From: an uncultured bacterium
GTDB taxonomy: Bacteria; Patescibacteriota; Gracilibacteria; UBA1369; PNNO01
Direction: 5' to 3'
DNA length: 32,000 nt
Assembly: GCA_963704705.1 (NCBI GenBank)
Contig: OY969931.1
Coordinates: forward strand, 180,001-212,000
Every line of letters begins with the position of its first letter. Position 1 is the first letter of the stretch. The position numbers were made by a program, and so were the translations under genes. The notes beneath the pieces are model-generated. The model was not told the DNA's origin, did no database searches, and was given only the letters and a program-made list of their open reading frames with translations. Shown piece by piece: positions 14,239 through 24,491 of this stretch.

Positions 14239-15680
14239 TGAATATCGTACCATTTAAAGTCATCCATCTCAGTTAATTTATCCTGAGATTTTGGACCCAT
14301 ACTGCCATCTTTATAAATATCAACATTTATATGGCTTTTTTTAGCGAATTTAACTATTGAATCAACAAGCTCCCAGGTCGCAATAACTTCAGGAAAACTT
14401 AAAAAGAATTTTTTGCGGCCATGCAGAGCGTCTAAAAGTAAAACTCCGTGCTCAGGCATGCAGCTGTCACCTTCGCAGGCAATGGTATCAGAAGTTGTAA
14501 TATCCTGATACATTGCTTCGCGGCCGTGTTTATTAACAAGTTTAATATTTAATTTTTCATCCGGATAAAACTCGATGACTACCCTGTTCGGCTCTTCATT
14601 TGCCGGTTGAAATGCGTGTTTTTTAAGTTCAATAACAATATAAGTATGATGTTCATGCAGTTTTTTGCCTGTTCTAATGTAAATTGGCACCTTATACCAG
14701 CTTTGGCGATCAATGAATAAACGAAGTGCGGCAAAAGTATCGGTTCGTGAATTTGCAGGTACACCATCAATTTTTTTATAACTTTCATATTGTCCCAAAA
14801 CAATATTCTTTTTGGATTTGCTGAATTTAACAGCAGAAAGAATACTGTATTTTTCGCGGTGCAGACTTTTATCTGAATTGGTTACCGGAATAGACATGGT
14901 TATTAAAGCCAGAACCTGAAGTAAATGCGATTGAATCATATCTTTTAAAGTTCCAACTCTTTCAAAATAACCAACACGGTCTTCAACGCCAAGTGTTTCA
15001 AAAGCACTTATTTGTATGTTCGAAACTTCAGATCCTTTCATCATCAAATTTAGAATTCTGTTGCTTTCTCGAAGCGTTAAAATACTTTGTACTACTGATT
15101 TGCCAAGATAATGATCAAGTAAATAAACCTGATCTTCATTGAAATAAGTTGTAACTGAGTGAAATAAATCGCTTGCTGATGAGGCGTCATCGCCAAATGG
15201 TTTTTCTAAAACAAGCCTCAAATCCTCCTTTGGTGATTTGCGGGTTTCTCCCAAATTTTTAATAATCGGTTTAAAAACAACTGGCGGCACAGCAAAATAA
15301 CAAATATTCGGCAAATTTTTTCGTCCTGTAATTTTTTCCAGATATTTTTTGTATGTGATAAAATCCTCTTTTTTATCATACTGACCTTCAACATAATGAA
15401 CATGGCTTAATAAAGCATCTAAAACTTCGTCGTTTACTTTCCCGTCGTAATGGTCTTTAACACTTTTCGCAAAATAATTTTTAAATTTTTCCTGAGTCAT
15501 ATCTGAACGTGCATATCCAACAATGAAAAATTCTGCCGGAAGCATTCTTTTTAATTTAAGCTCGTATAAAGTCGGAAATATTTTAATTTCAGCAAGATTT
15601 CCTGATGCTCCGAATACTGTAAAAACAAATGGTTTTTCTATTTTTGTAGACATAAATGTTTTTGTTAATTCATTGTCCAT
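14235..15680 (-). CDS. zwf: glucose-6-phosphate 1-dehydrogenase
   Basis: 481 aa. FGASGNLA dinucleotide motif, RVDHYLGK-like DHYLGK and EKPFG motifs. Confidence 0.9.
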   Translation of the reverse strand: MDNELTKTFMSTKIEKPFVFTVFGASGNLAEIKIFPTLYELKLKRMLPAEFFIVGYARSDMTQEKFKNYFAKSVKDHYDGKVNDEVLDALLSHVHYVEGQYDKKEDFITYKKYLEKITGRKNLPNICYFAVPPVVFKPIIKNLGETRKSPKEDLRLVLEKPFGDDASSASDLFHSVTTYFNEDQVYLLDHYLGKSVVQSILTLRESNRILNLMMKGSEVSNIQISAFETLGVEDRVGYFERVGTLKDMIQSHLLQVLALITMSIPVTNSDKSLHREKYSILSAVKFSKSKKNIVLGQYESYKKIDGVPANSRTDTFAALRLFIDRQSWYKVPIYIRTGKKLHEHHTYIVIELKKHAFQPANEEPNRVVIEFYPDEKLNIKLVNKHGREAMYQDITTSDTIACEGDSCMPEHGVLLLDALHGRKKFFLSFPEVIATWELVDSIVKFAKKSHINVDIYKDGSMGPKSQDKLTEMDDFKWYDIH

Positions 15681-17077
15681 TCTGTGTGGAATGCTCCTTC
15701 TTTGTCGATTCTTTCGTAAGTGTGTGCGCCAAAATTATCGCGTAATCCCTGAATAAAATTTGCCGGAAGTATCTCTGAAGTTATGGAGTCAAAATACGCC
15801 AGAGCCGATGCAAATCCCGGAACAGGAATGCCTTTTGACATACCAAAAACCGCTATTTTTCTTAATGCTGGAATAGCTTTATAAATTTGTTCTGAAAGAT
15901 CTTTAATTTCAAAAAGATGCAAATCTTTAAATTGTTTTTCAAATCCTTTATGAAGTTCATTTAAAATTTTTGCTCTAATAATACAGCCGCCTTCCCAGAT
16001 TCTTGAAAGTTCACCAAATTCAATATTCCATTTGTTTTCTTTTGCTGCTACTTGTAGCAAATGATAACCCTGGGCATATGCAATTAGCATAGCAACATAA
16101 ATTGCTTCTTCTAAAACATCGACAAATAATTCGAGTTCAATTTCGGTTTTAGGAAGATTCTTTGGATATTTTTGAGCAAGTTCCAGACGTAAATCTTTTT
16201 CATTTGATATGAATCTACAATAGACAGCTTCAGTTAAAGTTGGAATAGCAACGGCTTCTTCAAATGAATCAACAGCCGTCCATTTGCCGGTACCTTTTTG
16301 TGATGCTTTATCTAAAATATAATCAACCAAATCACCTTCATTAAATTCATCTTTTCGCCCTAAAACTTCCACAGCTGTTTCAAATAAAAATGATTCAAGC
16401 CTGCCCTCATTATATTTTTTAAAAATTTCACTTATTTTTTGTGCATCAAGCGAATAAGCATGTTTTAATAAATCGTATGCTTCAGCCATAATCTGCATTA
16501 CAGCATATTCAATTCCATTATGAACCATTTTTGCATAGTGACCAGCTGCATTATCACCCACATAAGTAACACAAGGACCTCCGTTAAAATCACGGGCAGC
16601 AATTGCTTCAAAAATTTTCTGCAAATTTTTCCACGCTTGTTTTGTTCCTCCGGGCATCAAACTCGGACCATTAAGTGCCCCCTCTTCTCCACCGCTAAGA
16701 CCGCATCCAATAAAATGAATTCCATCCCCGCGCAAATCTTCAAAACGTTTAATCGTATTATGAAAATTTGAATTTCCGCAATCAATAATAATGTCATCTT
16801 TATCAAGCAAAGGTTTCAACGACTCAATAACCGCATCAACAGCTGGCCCTGCTTTAACCAAAATTATAACTTTTCGCGGGCGTTCCAATGAATTAATCAT
16901 ATCTTTTAAATCATCGAATCCAACAAGATTTTCATTTCCGTATTCTTCGGTAAATTCAGTGGTAACTTCTGTTGTGCGGTTAAAAACCGATATTTTAAAA
17001 CCTTTATTGGCAATATTTCGCGCTAAATTAGTACCCATTACTCCAAGCCCTATAAGTCCGATTTTAGATTTTTCCAT
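15665..17077 (-). CDS. gnd: 6-phosphogluconate dehydrogenase (decarboxylating)
   Basis: 470 aa. GLIGLGVMG Rossmann motif, MVHNGIEY, and full-length Gnd architecture. Confidence 0.9.
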   Translation of the reverse strand: MEKSKIGLIGLGVMGTNLARNIANKGFKISVFNRTTEVTTEFTEEYGNENLVGFDDLKDMINSLERPRKVIILVKAGPAVDAVIESLKPLLDKDDIIIDCGNSNFHNTIKRFEDLRGDGIHFIGCGLSGGEEGALNGPSLMPGGTKQAWKNLQKIFEAIAARDFNGGPCVTYVGDNAAGHYAKMVHNGIEYAVMQIMAEAYDLLKHAYSLDAQKISEIFKKYNEGRLESFLFETAVEVLGRKDEFNEGDLVDYILDKASQKGTGKWTAVDSFEEAVAIPTLTEAVYCRFISNEKDLRLELAQKYPKNLPKTEIELELFVDVLEEAIYVAMLIAYAQGYHLLQVAAKENKWNIEFGELSRIWEGGCIIRAKILNELHKGFEKQFKDLHLFEIKDLSEQIYKAIPALRKIAVFGMSKGIPVPGFASALAYFDSITSEILPANFIQGLRDNFGAHTYERIDKEGAFHTEWTMN

Positions 17078-17078
17078 A

Positions 17079-17720
17079 CTAGTTTAGTTTATATTTTTTA
17101 TAGTTCACGCAATAACTGTTGCCTTCCTTTTTAAAAACTTTATTCGCTTTTTTAATAATATTAACAACCTGGTCAATGCTTTTACAAATATAAATATTAT
17201 GCATATCTTTTTCATCCGCCCTTCCGGTATCAATAATATGTTTTTTTACCCATTCAATTTGTTCTTCCCACATTTCTCCAATTAATACTATTGGAACAGA
17301 ACAAATATGTTTAACCTGAGTAAGCTGCCATGTATAAAATAATTCCAGGCAGGTTCCCAGACCTCCTGGCGTAATAACAACTAGATTTGAAAGAATCATA
17401 AAAGTATCTAAACGTTCAGAAAACCTTTCAAACTTTTGTTCAACATCAAGATATTTATTAGGTTTGTTTTCCCATGGTAGATCTATAACTAAACCCACGG
17501 ATTCCGAGTCGTTATCTTTTTTCCCTTCCTGATGGCCTTCGTTTGCAGCCTCCATCAATCCCGGGCCACCACCGGTTACAACATCTAATCCAAGTTCCCC
17601 GATTTTAAATGCAAGTTTACGCACCATTTCATAATCATCATCCCCTTTTATTGATCTGGCACTGCCAAAAATTGTTACTCTAAAATGCTTTTTTTTAATT
17701 TCTTTTTGGACATCTATCAT
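17079..17720 (-). CDS. LOG/TIGR00730-family protein (nucleotide N-glycosidase, 'lysine decarboxylase-like')
   Basis: 213 aa. GGGPGLMEAANEG and PGGLGTCLELF motifs. Overlaps tkt by 4 nt. Confidence 0.75.
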   Translation of the reverse strand: MIDVQKEIKKKHFRVTIFGSARSIKGDDDYEMVRKLAFKIGELGLDVVTGGGPGLMEAANEGHQEGKKDNDSESVGLVIDLPWENKPNKYLDVEQKFERFSERLDTFMILSNLVVITPGGLGTCLELFYTWQLTQVKHICSVPIVLIGEMWEEQIEWVKKHIIDTGRADEKDMHNIYICKSIDQVVNIIKKANKVFKKEGNSYCVNYKKYKLN

Positions 17721-19633
17721 GAATTGATTTGTTTAGCTTTATTTATAATGTGGCTTGCAGATATACCAGCTTCTTCATAAAGTTCCAATGGTTTTCCTGA
17801 GAGCTGATACTTTGTTACAGCAAGTGATTCATATTTTTTAGGGCAAATTCCTTTTAATTGCAGTTCTCTTGCAAGCCCGGCATTAAGCCCATTATAAGGA
17901 TTGTGATCTTCAACAGTAATCACTTTGCCGGTCTTTTTAATAGATTCAAAAATTGTATCATCAAAGTCTCGGATTGTTGAACATGCAATAATTTCAGTAT
18001 TAATACCTTCTTCTTTCAATTTTTCCCATGCTTTTAAAGCTTCAACAACGCATGCTCCGCTTGCAGCAATTGTAAGGTCAGATCCTTCTCTAATCATATC
18101 GCATTTACCATATTCATATTTATAATCCGCTTCATAAAAAGGTGTGCCATTTTCTTTTGCAATTGGATTATATTTGTGACGACCCATTCTTACATAAAAA
18201 TTTCCGTATTTTGATGCTACGTATCTAATTATTCTGTCAGTTTGATTTGGATCAGCTGGTTCAATCACTCTTGTATTTAGGTGACCGACCATAATACCTT
18301 TATCATCAATTGCCTGATGTGTAGGCCCGTCTTCACCAACTGAAAGCCCGCAATGCGTAGCAACCATTTTAACATTTGTATAATTGATATCATTTACTCG
18401 TGCCTGATCTTTTGGACGGCTTGTTAAGAAAGCACCGAAAGTTGATGCGAACACTAAATGTCCCATCAAACTTAAACCACCTGCCATCGAAACCATATTC
18501 TGTTCGCAAATCCCAACCTCAATATGTCTTTCAGGGAATTTTTCAGCAACAAATTTTGTCATTACCGAGCCACGCAAATCAGCTGTAGCAGCAATTACTT
18601 TTTCATTTCGTTCAGCCAAGTTTAAAAGCGCTTTTCCATAAGCTGTTCGGCAATCTGTTGATTCATCAACAGGGTAGACAATCGGCTTACCCGTGTCCAC
18701 TTCAACATCACTTAAAATTGGCGGATATTCTGATTCTTTTGGATCCCATTTTACTTCCGGCAAAAATTCATCAATTAAAGCACGCTGCTCCTCACTGACA
18801 ACCAAACCTTTTAAAATTTCATCGCATTCTTCTGGTTTTGGAGCCTTACCATGCCAGGTTGATTTATGGTGTCTTCCGTCATCTTCCATAAACGCCACTC
18901 CCTTGCCCATAATTGTATGACCTACAATAACCTTTGGTTTGCCATTCTTCTCATGTGCTTTGGCAATCGCATTCCACATCTGTTCAAAATCATGGCCGTC
19001 AGTTTCAATAACATCCCATCCTCCTGCCTTAAATACTGCAGGGATATCAATCGGCATTGTTTCCTGCAAACTGTCTGTAAGCTGAACTTCATTATAATCA
19101 ATAAAAGCAATTAAATTATCCAGCTCGTATTTTCTGGCGAATAAAATCATTTCATGAATCTGGCCTTCCTGGCACTCTCCATCACCCATTACACAATATG
19201 CTGTGCGGTCTGTTTTATTATGTTTTTCGCTCCAGGCTTTGCCGGCTGCAACCGATGCTCCGATTCCAAGTGGCCCGGTTCCATAATCAATTCCTCTCAC
19301 ATGTCTTGTAATATGACCTTCATAAACTGAACCAACCTTTCTAAAAGTCTCAATAACATCTTCTTTTGGAATAATTTTAAGTTCCGCCAAAGCCGAATAC
19401 ACAGCAGGGGAGATATGGCCGTTTGAAACAACCAGCTTTTCACCTGTCTGACTGATTATAAATGTATATAAAAGCGTTAAATAATCAATCGAGCTTAAAG
19501 AACCTCCGGGGTGCCCTGACTGCGAATTTTTAAGCATTGCGATTATTGAATTTCTGCAGCTTAAGGCAAAAGCCTGCAGGAATTTTTTGTGCTCTTCAGT
19601 TAGATTTTCACCTAATTTAGGGATTTGCATCAT
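17717..19633 (-). CDS. tkt: transketolase
   Basis: 638 aa. SGHPGGSLS and GDGECQEG thiamine-diphosphate motifs, three-domain length. Confidence 0.92.
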   Translation of the reverse strand: MMQIPKLGENLTEEHKKFLQAFALSCRNSIIAMLKNSQSGHPGGSLSSIDYLTLLYTFIISQTGEKLVVSNGHISPAVYSALAELKIIPKEDVIETFRKVGSVYEGHITRHVRGIDYGTGPLGIGASVAAGKAWSEKHNKTDRTAYCVMGDGECQEGQIHEMILFARKYELDNLIAFIDYNEVQLTDSLQETMPIDIPAVFKAGGWDVIETDGHDFEQMWNAIAKAHEKNGKPKVIVGHTIMGKGVAFMEDDGRHHKSTWHGKAPKPEECDEILKGLVVSEEQRALIDEFLPEVKWDPKESEYPPILSDVEVDTGKPIVYPVDESTDCRTAYGKALLNLAERNEKVIAATADLRGSVMTKFVAEKFPERHIEVGICEQNMVSMAGGLSLMGHLVFASTFGAFLTSRPKDQARVNDINYTNVKMVATHCGLSVGEDGPTHQAIDDKGIMVGHLNTRVIEPADPNQTDRIIRYVASKYGNFYVRMGRHKYNPIAKENGTPFYEADYKYEYGKCDMIREGSDLTIAASGACVVEALKAWEKLKEEGINTEIIACSTIRDFDDTIFESIKKTGKVITVEDHNPYNGLNAGLARELQLKGICPKKYESLAVTKYQLSGKPLELYEEAGISASHIINKAKQINS

Positions 19634-20805
19634 TATGTAGTTAAGTGTTCTTTTGTTAATTTTTTAGAGAGTTCAACACCTGGCTGATTAAAAGCATTAA
19701 TACCATATAGCTCTCCAAGAAAAGCTGTTGCTCCTTCAAATAGCATAAATAAAGCACCGAGGTTAAATTCATCAACCTTTGGCACATTTAAAGTTACATT
19801 TGGTTTATTATTATGAGTTAAGGCATCGGTTGTGCCCTGCTGCTCAGTGTGCATTAATTTGTTAAAGCTTACTCCTTTTAAATAATCAACTTCGCTATCC
19901 GGGATCATAACTTCAGGACCTAAGTCTTCAATCTTAATTAAAATATAAAATTTATCATCAGGTCCATCCATATAAAGCTGACTTTGTGAATGCTGGTCAG
20001 TTACGCCAAGCGCATTAATGGGTGTTAATCCAACATCTCTTGTTTTTCCTATAGATTCAGCAAGTAGCTGCCTGTACCAATCTGCAAACTTGATTAAATG
20101 TTGGCTGTAAGGCATAACAACTGTCATGTTTCTGCCTTTTTTTCCGTGCAAATATTGCATCTGCGCAATTTGATAAGGCAGATTTTTGTCCAATTCTTCG
20201 CTTAAAAAATTGTTGCGCATTTCCTTTGCACCATCCAAAAGTTTTTGCATGTCTATGCCAATAAGAGCTGCCGGAAGTAGTCCAACAACAGTTAAAACAC
20301 TAAATCTTCCACCTACGTTTTCAGGCACATCAAACATTTTAATACCTTCTTTTTGGCCTGTTTCTCTTAATAACCCTGATTTGCCTGTAATAAAAACGAA
20401 ATTTTTACACTTCTCTTTAAAATAAAAATATTGGCTTAAAGTTTCAGGTGTGCCTCCGCTTTTACTAATTACAATAAATAAAGTTCGTGAGTAATCAACA
20501 ATATCATCAAGCTCAGCCATCAAATTAGGATCGATATTATCCAAAACATGAAGCTTTGCAGGCTTGTACAAGTGTTTTAAAGATTGCTGTAAACAAATTG
20601 TCCCAAGTGCGCTGCCTCCGATTCCCAAAACAACAATGTGGTCATATTTTCCTTCAACTGACTTTGCAAATTCCAAGATTTCACTCACATCATCATCTAC
20701 AATTTTATAAAAGCCCTGATCACGGGCTTCAATTCTATCCAAATATTCGCGGATTTTTGATCCATCTAAATTTACCTGTGAATTTTTTTTGTCTAAATTA
20801 ATCAT
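19633..20805 (-). CDS. pgi: glucose-6-phosphate isomerase (short form)
   Basis: 390 aa. VLGIGGSALG and SKSGGTPET SIS-domain motifs. Overlaps tkt by 1 nt. Confidence 0.8.
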   Translation of the reverse strand: MINLDKKNSQVNLDGSKIREYLDRIEARDQGFYKIVDDDVSEILEFAKSVEGKYDHIVVLGIGGSALGTICLQQSLKHLYKPAKLHVLDNIDPNLMAELDDIVDYSRTLFIVISKSGGTPETLSQYFYFKEKCKNFVFITGKSGLLRETGQKEGIKMFDVPENVGGRFSVLTVVGLLPAALIGIDMQKLLDGAKEMRNNFLSEELDKNLPYQIAQMQYLHGKKGRNMTVVMPYSQHLIKFADWYRQLLAESIGKTRDVGLTPINALGVTDQHSQSQLYMDGPDDKFYILIKIEDLGPEVMIPDSEVDYLKGVSFNKLMHTEQQGTTDALTHNNKPNVTLNVPKVDEFNLGALFMLFEGATAFLGELYGINAFNQPGVELSKKLTKEHLTT

Positions 20806-20808
20806 AAT

Positions 20809-21456
20809 TTATAAGTTTTTAACTTTTTCCCAGTCAGCTAAAAAGGCTTCCAGTCCTTTATCTGTAAGTGGGTGGTGAATTAGTTCATCTAAAATTTTTG
20901 GCGGAACAGTCGCAATATGTGCCCCCATTACAGCTGAATCAATTACATGACCAATGTTTCGAACACTCGCAACCAGAACCTTGGTATCGAATTTATATTC
21001 ATCAAAAATTGTAACAATTTCGCTAATCAGCTCCATACTGTCTTCTCCAATATCGTCTAGTCTACCAACAAAAGGACTAACATAAGTGGCTCCGTTTTTG
21101 GCTGCAAGCAAAGCCTGACCAGCGCTAAATACAAGCGTTACATTTGTTTTTATTCCTTCAGCTGAAAGAACCTTAAGAGCCTTTAAGCCTTCTTCGATTA
21201 TTGGTATTTTAATTACTATATTTTTGTGCCATTTTGCGAATTCGCGCGCTTCTTTAAGCATTCCTTTCATATCTGTTGCCACAACTTCTGCGCTTATCGG
21301 GCCATCAACTATTTCAACAATTTCGCGTATGCGATCTTCGAATTTAACACCTTCCTTAGCGATTAACGAAGGGTTTGTAGTAACACCGTCAACAACGCCC
21401 CAGGCATTATATTTTTTAATGGCTTCGATGTCCGCTGTATCTAAAAAGAATTTCAT
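20809..21456 (-). CDS. tal: transaldolase/fructose-6-phosphate aldolase (type 3B, ~215 aa)
   Basis: [15 protein letters not shown]...GVTTNPSL...IKIP...SPFVGR motifs. Confidence 0.85.
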   Translation of the reverse strand: MKFFLDTADIEAIKKYNAWGVVDGVTTNPSLIAKEGVKFEDRIREIVEIVDGPISAEVVATDMKGMLKEAREFAKWHKNIVIKIPIIEEGLKALKVLSAEGIKTNVTLVFSAGQALLAAKNGATYVSPFVGRLDDIGEDSMELISEIVTIFDEYKFDTKVLVASVRNIGHVIDSAVMGAHIATVPPKILDELIHHPLTDKGLEAFLADWEKVKNL

Positions 21457-21525
21457 AATTTTATATGTTAATAGTAGGAAAATTTACGTTTCCCATTTTA
21501 TCATGTGAGCCAGTAAGTGTAAAAA

Positions 21526-22416
21526 TTATTCCACTATTAAGTTTCCTACCATTCCCAGTTGCCGGTGATTGCTTATATTACAATAATATTCAAAAGTACC
21601 TTTTTGAGTTGCAGTAAACGTAACTTCGGTAGTATTACCTGATGAAACCGTTAATGAATGTACATTAAGTTCATCAATATTAAAATTATGACTACCCACA
21701 TCGCTTGTTAAAGTAATAGTCACAGTGTCGCCCTGATTAACCCTCAATTCAGTATCAGAATATTGATAATTTGTAGCTGTTAAATCGAATGATTGTTCTG
21801 TAGTGGATGTATCAGGCGTAGCTAGTTGATCATAAGTATTTGAAGGAAGATTTCTGATGTCTTCTTTTATTCTATAAATCATTTCAGCCATTTCGCCTCT
21901 TGTTATTTTGTGATCAAAGCTGTTTACAGTAGTTGGGATAGCATTGATATCTTCAAGTTTTACTACATAAGGTCTATACCAAATTTCACTTCCCTGAGTT
22001 GTTGGTTCGATTAAAGTATTAGTAATTATTTTTGAAGCTTCAGCAAATGTAATCTGGTTTGCTGGTTTATAAGTTCCATCCGGATAACCGTCCACAATAC
22101 CATTCAATTCAGCAACACAAACATAAGGGGCATACCATGCGCCATCTCCGACATCTGAAAAAGAAACTGAATTACACGCGTCTATTTCATTTTGTGTATA
22201 TTTTGTAGCAATAATAATTTTTGTGAACTCCACTCTGTTAATTGGAGCATCAGGTTTATAAGTGCCATCTGGATATCCCTGAACAATTCCAAGGTTTTCA
22301 ACATAACTGATCGCATCATAATTAACATGCGAAGTTGGCACATCGCTGAATGAAGCAAAAGCTGTTGAAGCAAATGCTAGTACGCAAATTAGCGCAATTG
22401 ATAATTTGAGTTTCAT
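21526..22416 (-). CDS. secreted SLH-domain protein fused to a C-terminal cupredoxin (blue-copper) domain
   Basis: Signal peptide, three SLH repeats (GYPDGTYKP, WYAPYV), then a C-terminal ~90 aa ending FEYYCNISNHRQLGMVGNLIVE with GSHNF upstream. This fits the His...Cys-x4-His-x4-Met type-1 Cu ligand pattern. Confidence 0.65.
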   Translation of the reverse strand: MKLKLSIALICVLAFASTAFASFSDVPTSHVNYDAISYVENLGIVQGYPDGTYKPDAPINRVEFTKIIIATKYTQNEIDACNSVSFSDVGDGAWYAPYVCVAELNGIVDGYPDGTYKPANQITFAEASKIITNTLIEPTTQGSEIWYRPYVVKLEDINAIPTTVNSFDHKITRGEMAEMIYRIKEDIRNLPSNTYDQLATPDTSTTEQSFDLTATNYQYSDTELRVNQGDTVTITLTSDVGSHNFNIDELNVHSLTVSSGNTTEVTFTATQKGTFEYYCNISNHRQLGMVGNLIVE

Positions 22417-22447
22417 ATATTTTTGGTTAAATTATATTTAATTATAT

Positions 22448-23701
22448 TTATTTGGGTCGTGTTTGTCCATTGCCTTTGATTACCCATTTGTAGCTTGTGA
22501 GTTCAGCAACTGACATTGGCCCTCTTGCATGCAGTTTTTGGGTACTTATTCCAATTTCTGCACCTAACCCGAATTGTGCGCCGTCAGTGAAACTTGTGGC
22601 TGCATTTAAGTAAACGCATGAAGCATCAATCCGTTTCAAAAATTCTTCAGCAGTTTCAGAGTCTTCCGTAATTATGGCCTCGGAATGTTTTGAAGAATAT
22701 TTGTTTATATGTTCAATAGCTTCTTCCAAGCTGCCCACTGTCTTGATAGACATTTTTAATGACAAGAACTCGGTGCCAAAACTGTCTTCGGTTGAATGTT
22801 TCAATAATTCAGCAGGATAATCACCCTTTAGCGCATTGTAGGCTTTTTTATCGGCAAATATCTCAACTTTGTGATCAGCTAAAGGTTTAATCAATGCTGG
22901 TAAATCACCCAATCTTGCCGAATGTACTATCAAACAATCCAATGCATTGCATACGCTAACCCTTCTGGTTTTTGCATTTTCAATGATTTTTTTTGCAATC
23001 TCCAAATCACCTGATTTATCAAAATATGTATGAACAATACCTGCACCTGTTTCAATTACTGGTATTTTGGAATTTTCGCGAACAAAATTTATTAATTTCT
23101 GGCTGCCGCGCGGGATGATTACATCTATATATTTATTCGCATGCATCATTTCCTGCGCTTCTTCTCGGCCTGCCGGCAGTAAATAAACACAATTTATATC
23201 AACATCATGCTTAATTAATACGTCATGAATTATTTTTACACCTGCGGTATTTGATTCTATCGCGTCACTTCCTCCTTTTAAAACACATGCATTCCCGCTT
23301 TTAAAACAAATCGCAAAAACATCAAAAGTAACATTTGGCCGTGCTTCATAAATAATTCCGATTACTCCGAGCGGCACAGTAATTTTACTTATCTTCATGC
23401 CATTCTCATGCTGTTTTTCATCCAGAATTTTACCAAGTGGATTTGGGATTTTTGCAACATTTCGCATATCAGTCGCAATTCCTTCAAGCCTTTCCTTATT
23501 TAATAGAAGCCGGTCATACTTTGGATCTTCCGGATTCATTTTATTTAAATCTTTTTTATTTGCTTCAAGAATAAAACCTGAATTTTCAATAATTGCATCT
23601 GCAACCTTATTTAAAATCTGATCGATTTTATTTTCGGATAGCGAAATTAAGCTTCTGCTTGCGTTTTGTACATTTGCAAGCTCCATTTGTAAATCAGACA
23701 T
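22448..23701 (-). CDS. proA: gamma-glutamyl phosphate reductase
   Basis: 417 aa aldehyde-dehydrogenase-fold protein with typical ProA length and motifs (VIIPRGS, CNALD..LVH). Sits in a pro operon context. Confidence 0.9.
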   Translation of the reverse strand: MSDLQMELANVQNASRSLISLSENKIDQILNKVADAIIENSGFILEANKKDLNKMNPEDPKYDRLLLNKERLEGIATDMRNVAKIPNPLGKILDEKQHENGMKISKITVPLGVIGIIYEARPNVTFDVFAICFKSGNACVLKGGSDAIESNTAGVKIIHDVLIKHDVDINCVYLLPAGREEAQEMMHANKYIDVIIPRGSQKLINFVRENSKIPVIETGAGIVHTYFDKSGDLEIAKKIIENAKTRRVSVCNALDCLIVHSARLGDLPALIKPLADHKVEIFADKKAYNALKGDYPAELLKHSTEDSFGTEFLSLKMSIKTVGSLEEAIEHINKYSSKHSEAIITEDSETAEEFLKRIDASCVYLNAATSFTDGAQFGLGAEIGISTQKLHARGPMSVAELTSYKWVIKGNGQTRPK

Positions 23702-23705
23702 TTTA

Positions 23706-24491
23706 TTATTGATTAAGTTCTTTCGAACGAACCACGGCTTCTTCTATCGCTTCTTCAAAAAGAACAGGAAACTCTGATTTTTTTAGAAAATTAATCGCTG
23801 CTTCAGTTGTGCCTCCTTTAGAAGTTACAGCATCTCTCCATTCCTTAACGGAAAGTGATTTGTTTTTTCCAAGAAGACATCCGCTTCCAATAAGAGTTTG
23901 TTCTGCAATCAGCATCGCTTCTTTTGTTGAAAATCCTACTTTTTTTGCTTTTTGAGCGAGTAATTCTGCAAGATAAAAAAAGTAAGCCGGCCCAGAGCCG
24001 CTTAAAGCTGTGATTAAATCAATCTTTGACTCATCTTTTAATTCGATTTGTTCACCCAGGGGATCAAAAATAATTTTAACAAGATCTTTTTCCTGACGTG
24101 TCACGTTTTTGGTTGCGATCCATCCAATAATCCCTTTCTCAATCTCAACCGGAAGATTAGGCATTGATCTTACTATTTTTTCCGCACCTAGTTTCTCTCT
24201 TAAATGATTAATTGAAATTCCGGCCATTATTGATATAACAAGTTTGTCTTTCAAACTATAGTTGATTGATTTTGCAAGTGCATCAAGCGACTGTGGTTTG
24301 ATTGAAAGTATTATTATATCGCATTGCGGCAGAATGGTTTCAACATGTGTTGTTGAATTTGATTTATCATAATCAAATAATTTTGAGACATCTTTATCAC
24401 AAAGAAATATATCTTTTGGATCAAACGCCTGAATTATGCCTTTGTAAAAGGCGCTGCCCATCATACCTACTCCGATAATTCCGATTTTCAT
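23706..24491 (-). CDS. proC: pyrroline-5-carboxylate reductase
   Basis: 261 aa. [10 protein letters not shown] Rossmann motif, C-terminal SKGGTTEAA motif. Confidence 0.85.
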   Translation of the reverse strand: MKIGIIGVGMMGSAFYKGIIQAFDPKDIFLCDKDVSKLFDYDKSNSTTHVETILPQCDIIILSIKPQSLDALAKSINYSLKDKLVISIMAGISINHLREKLGAEKIVRSMPNLPVEIEKGIIGWIATKNVTRQEKDLVKIIFDPLGEQIELKDESKIDLITALSGSGPAYFFYLAELLAQKAKKVGFSTKEAMLIAEQTLIGSGCLLGKNKSLSVKEWRDAVTSKGGTTEAAINFLKKSEFPVLFEEAIEEAVVRSKELNQ

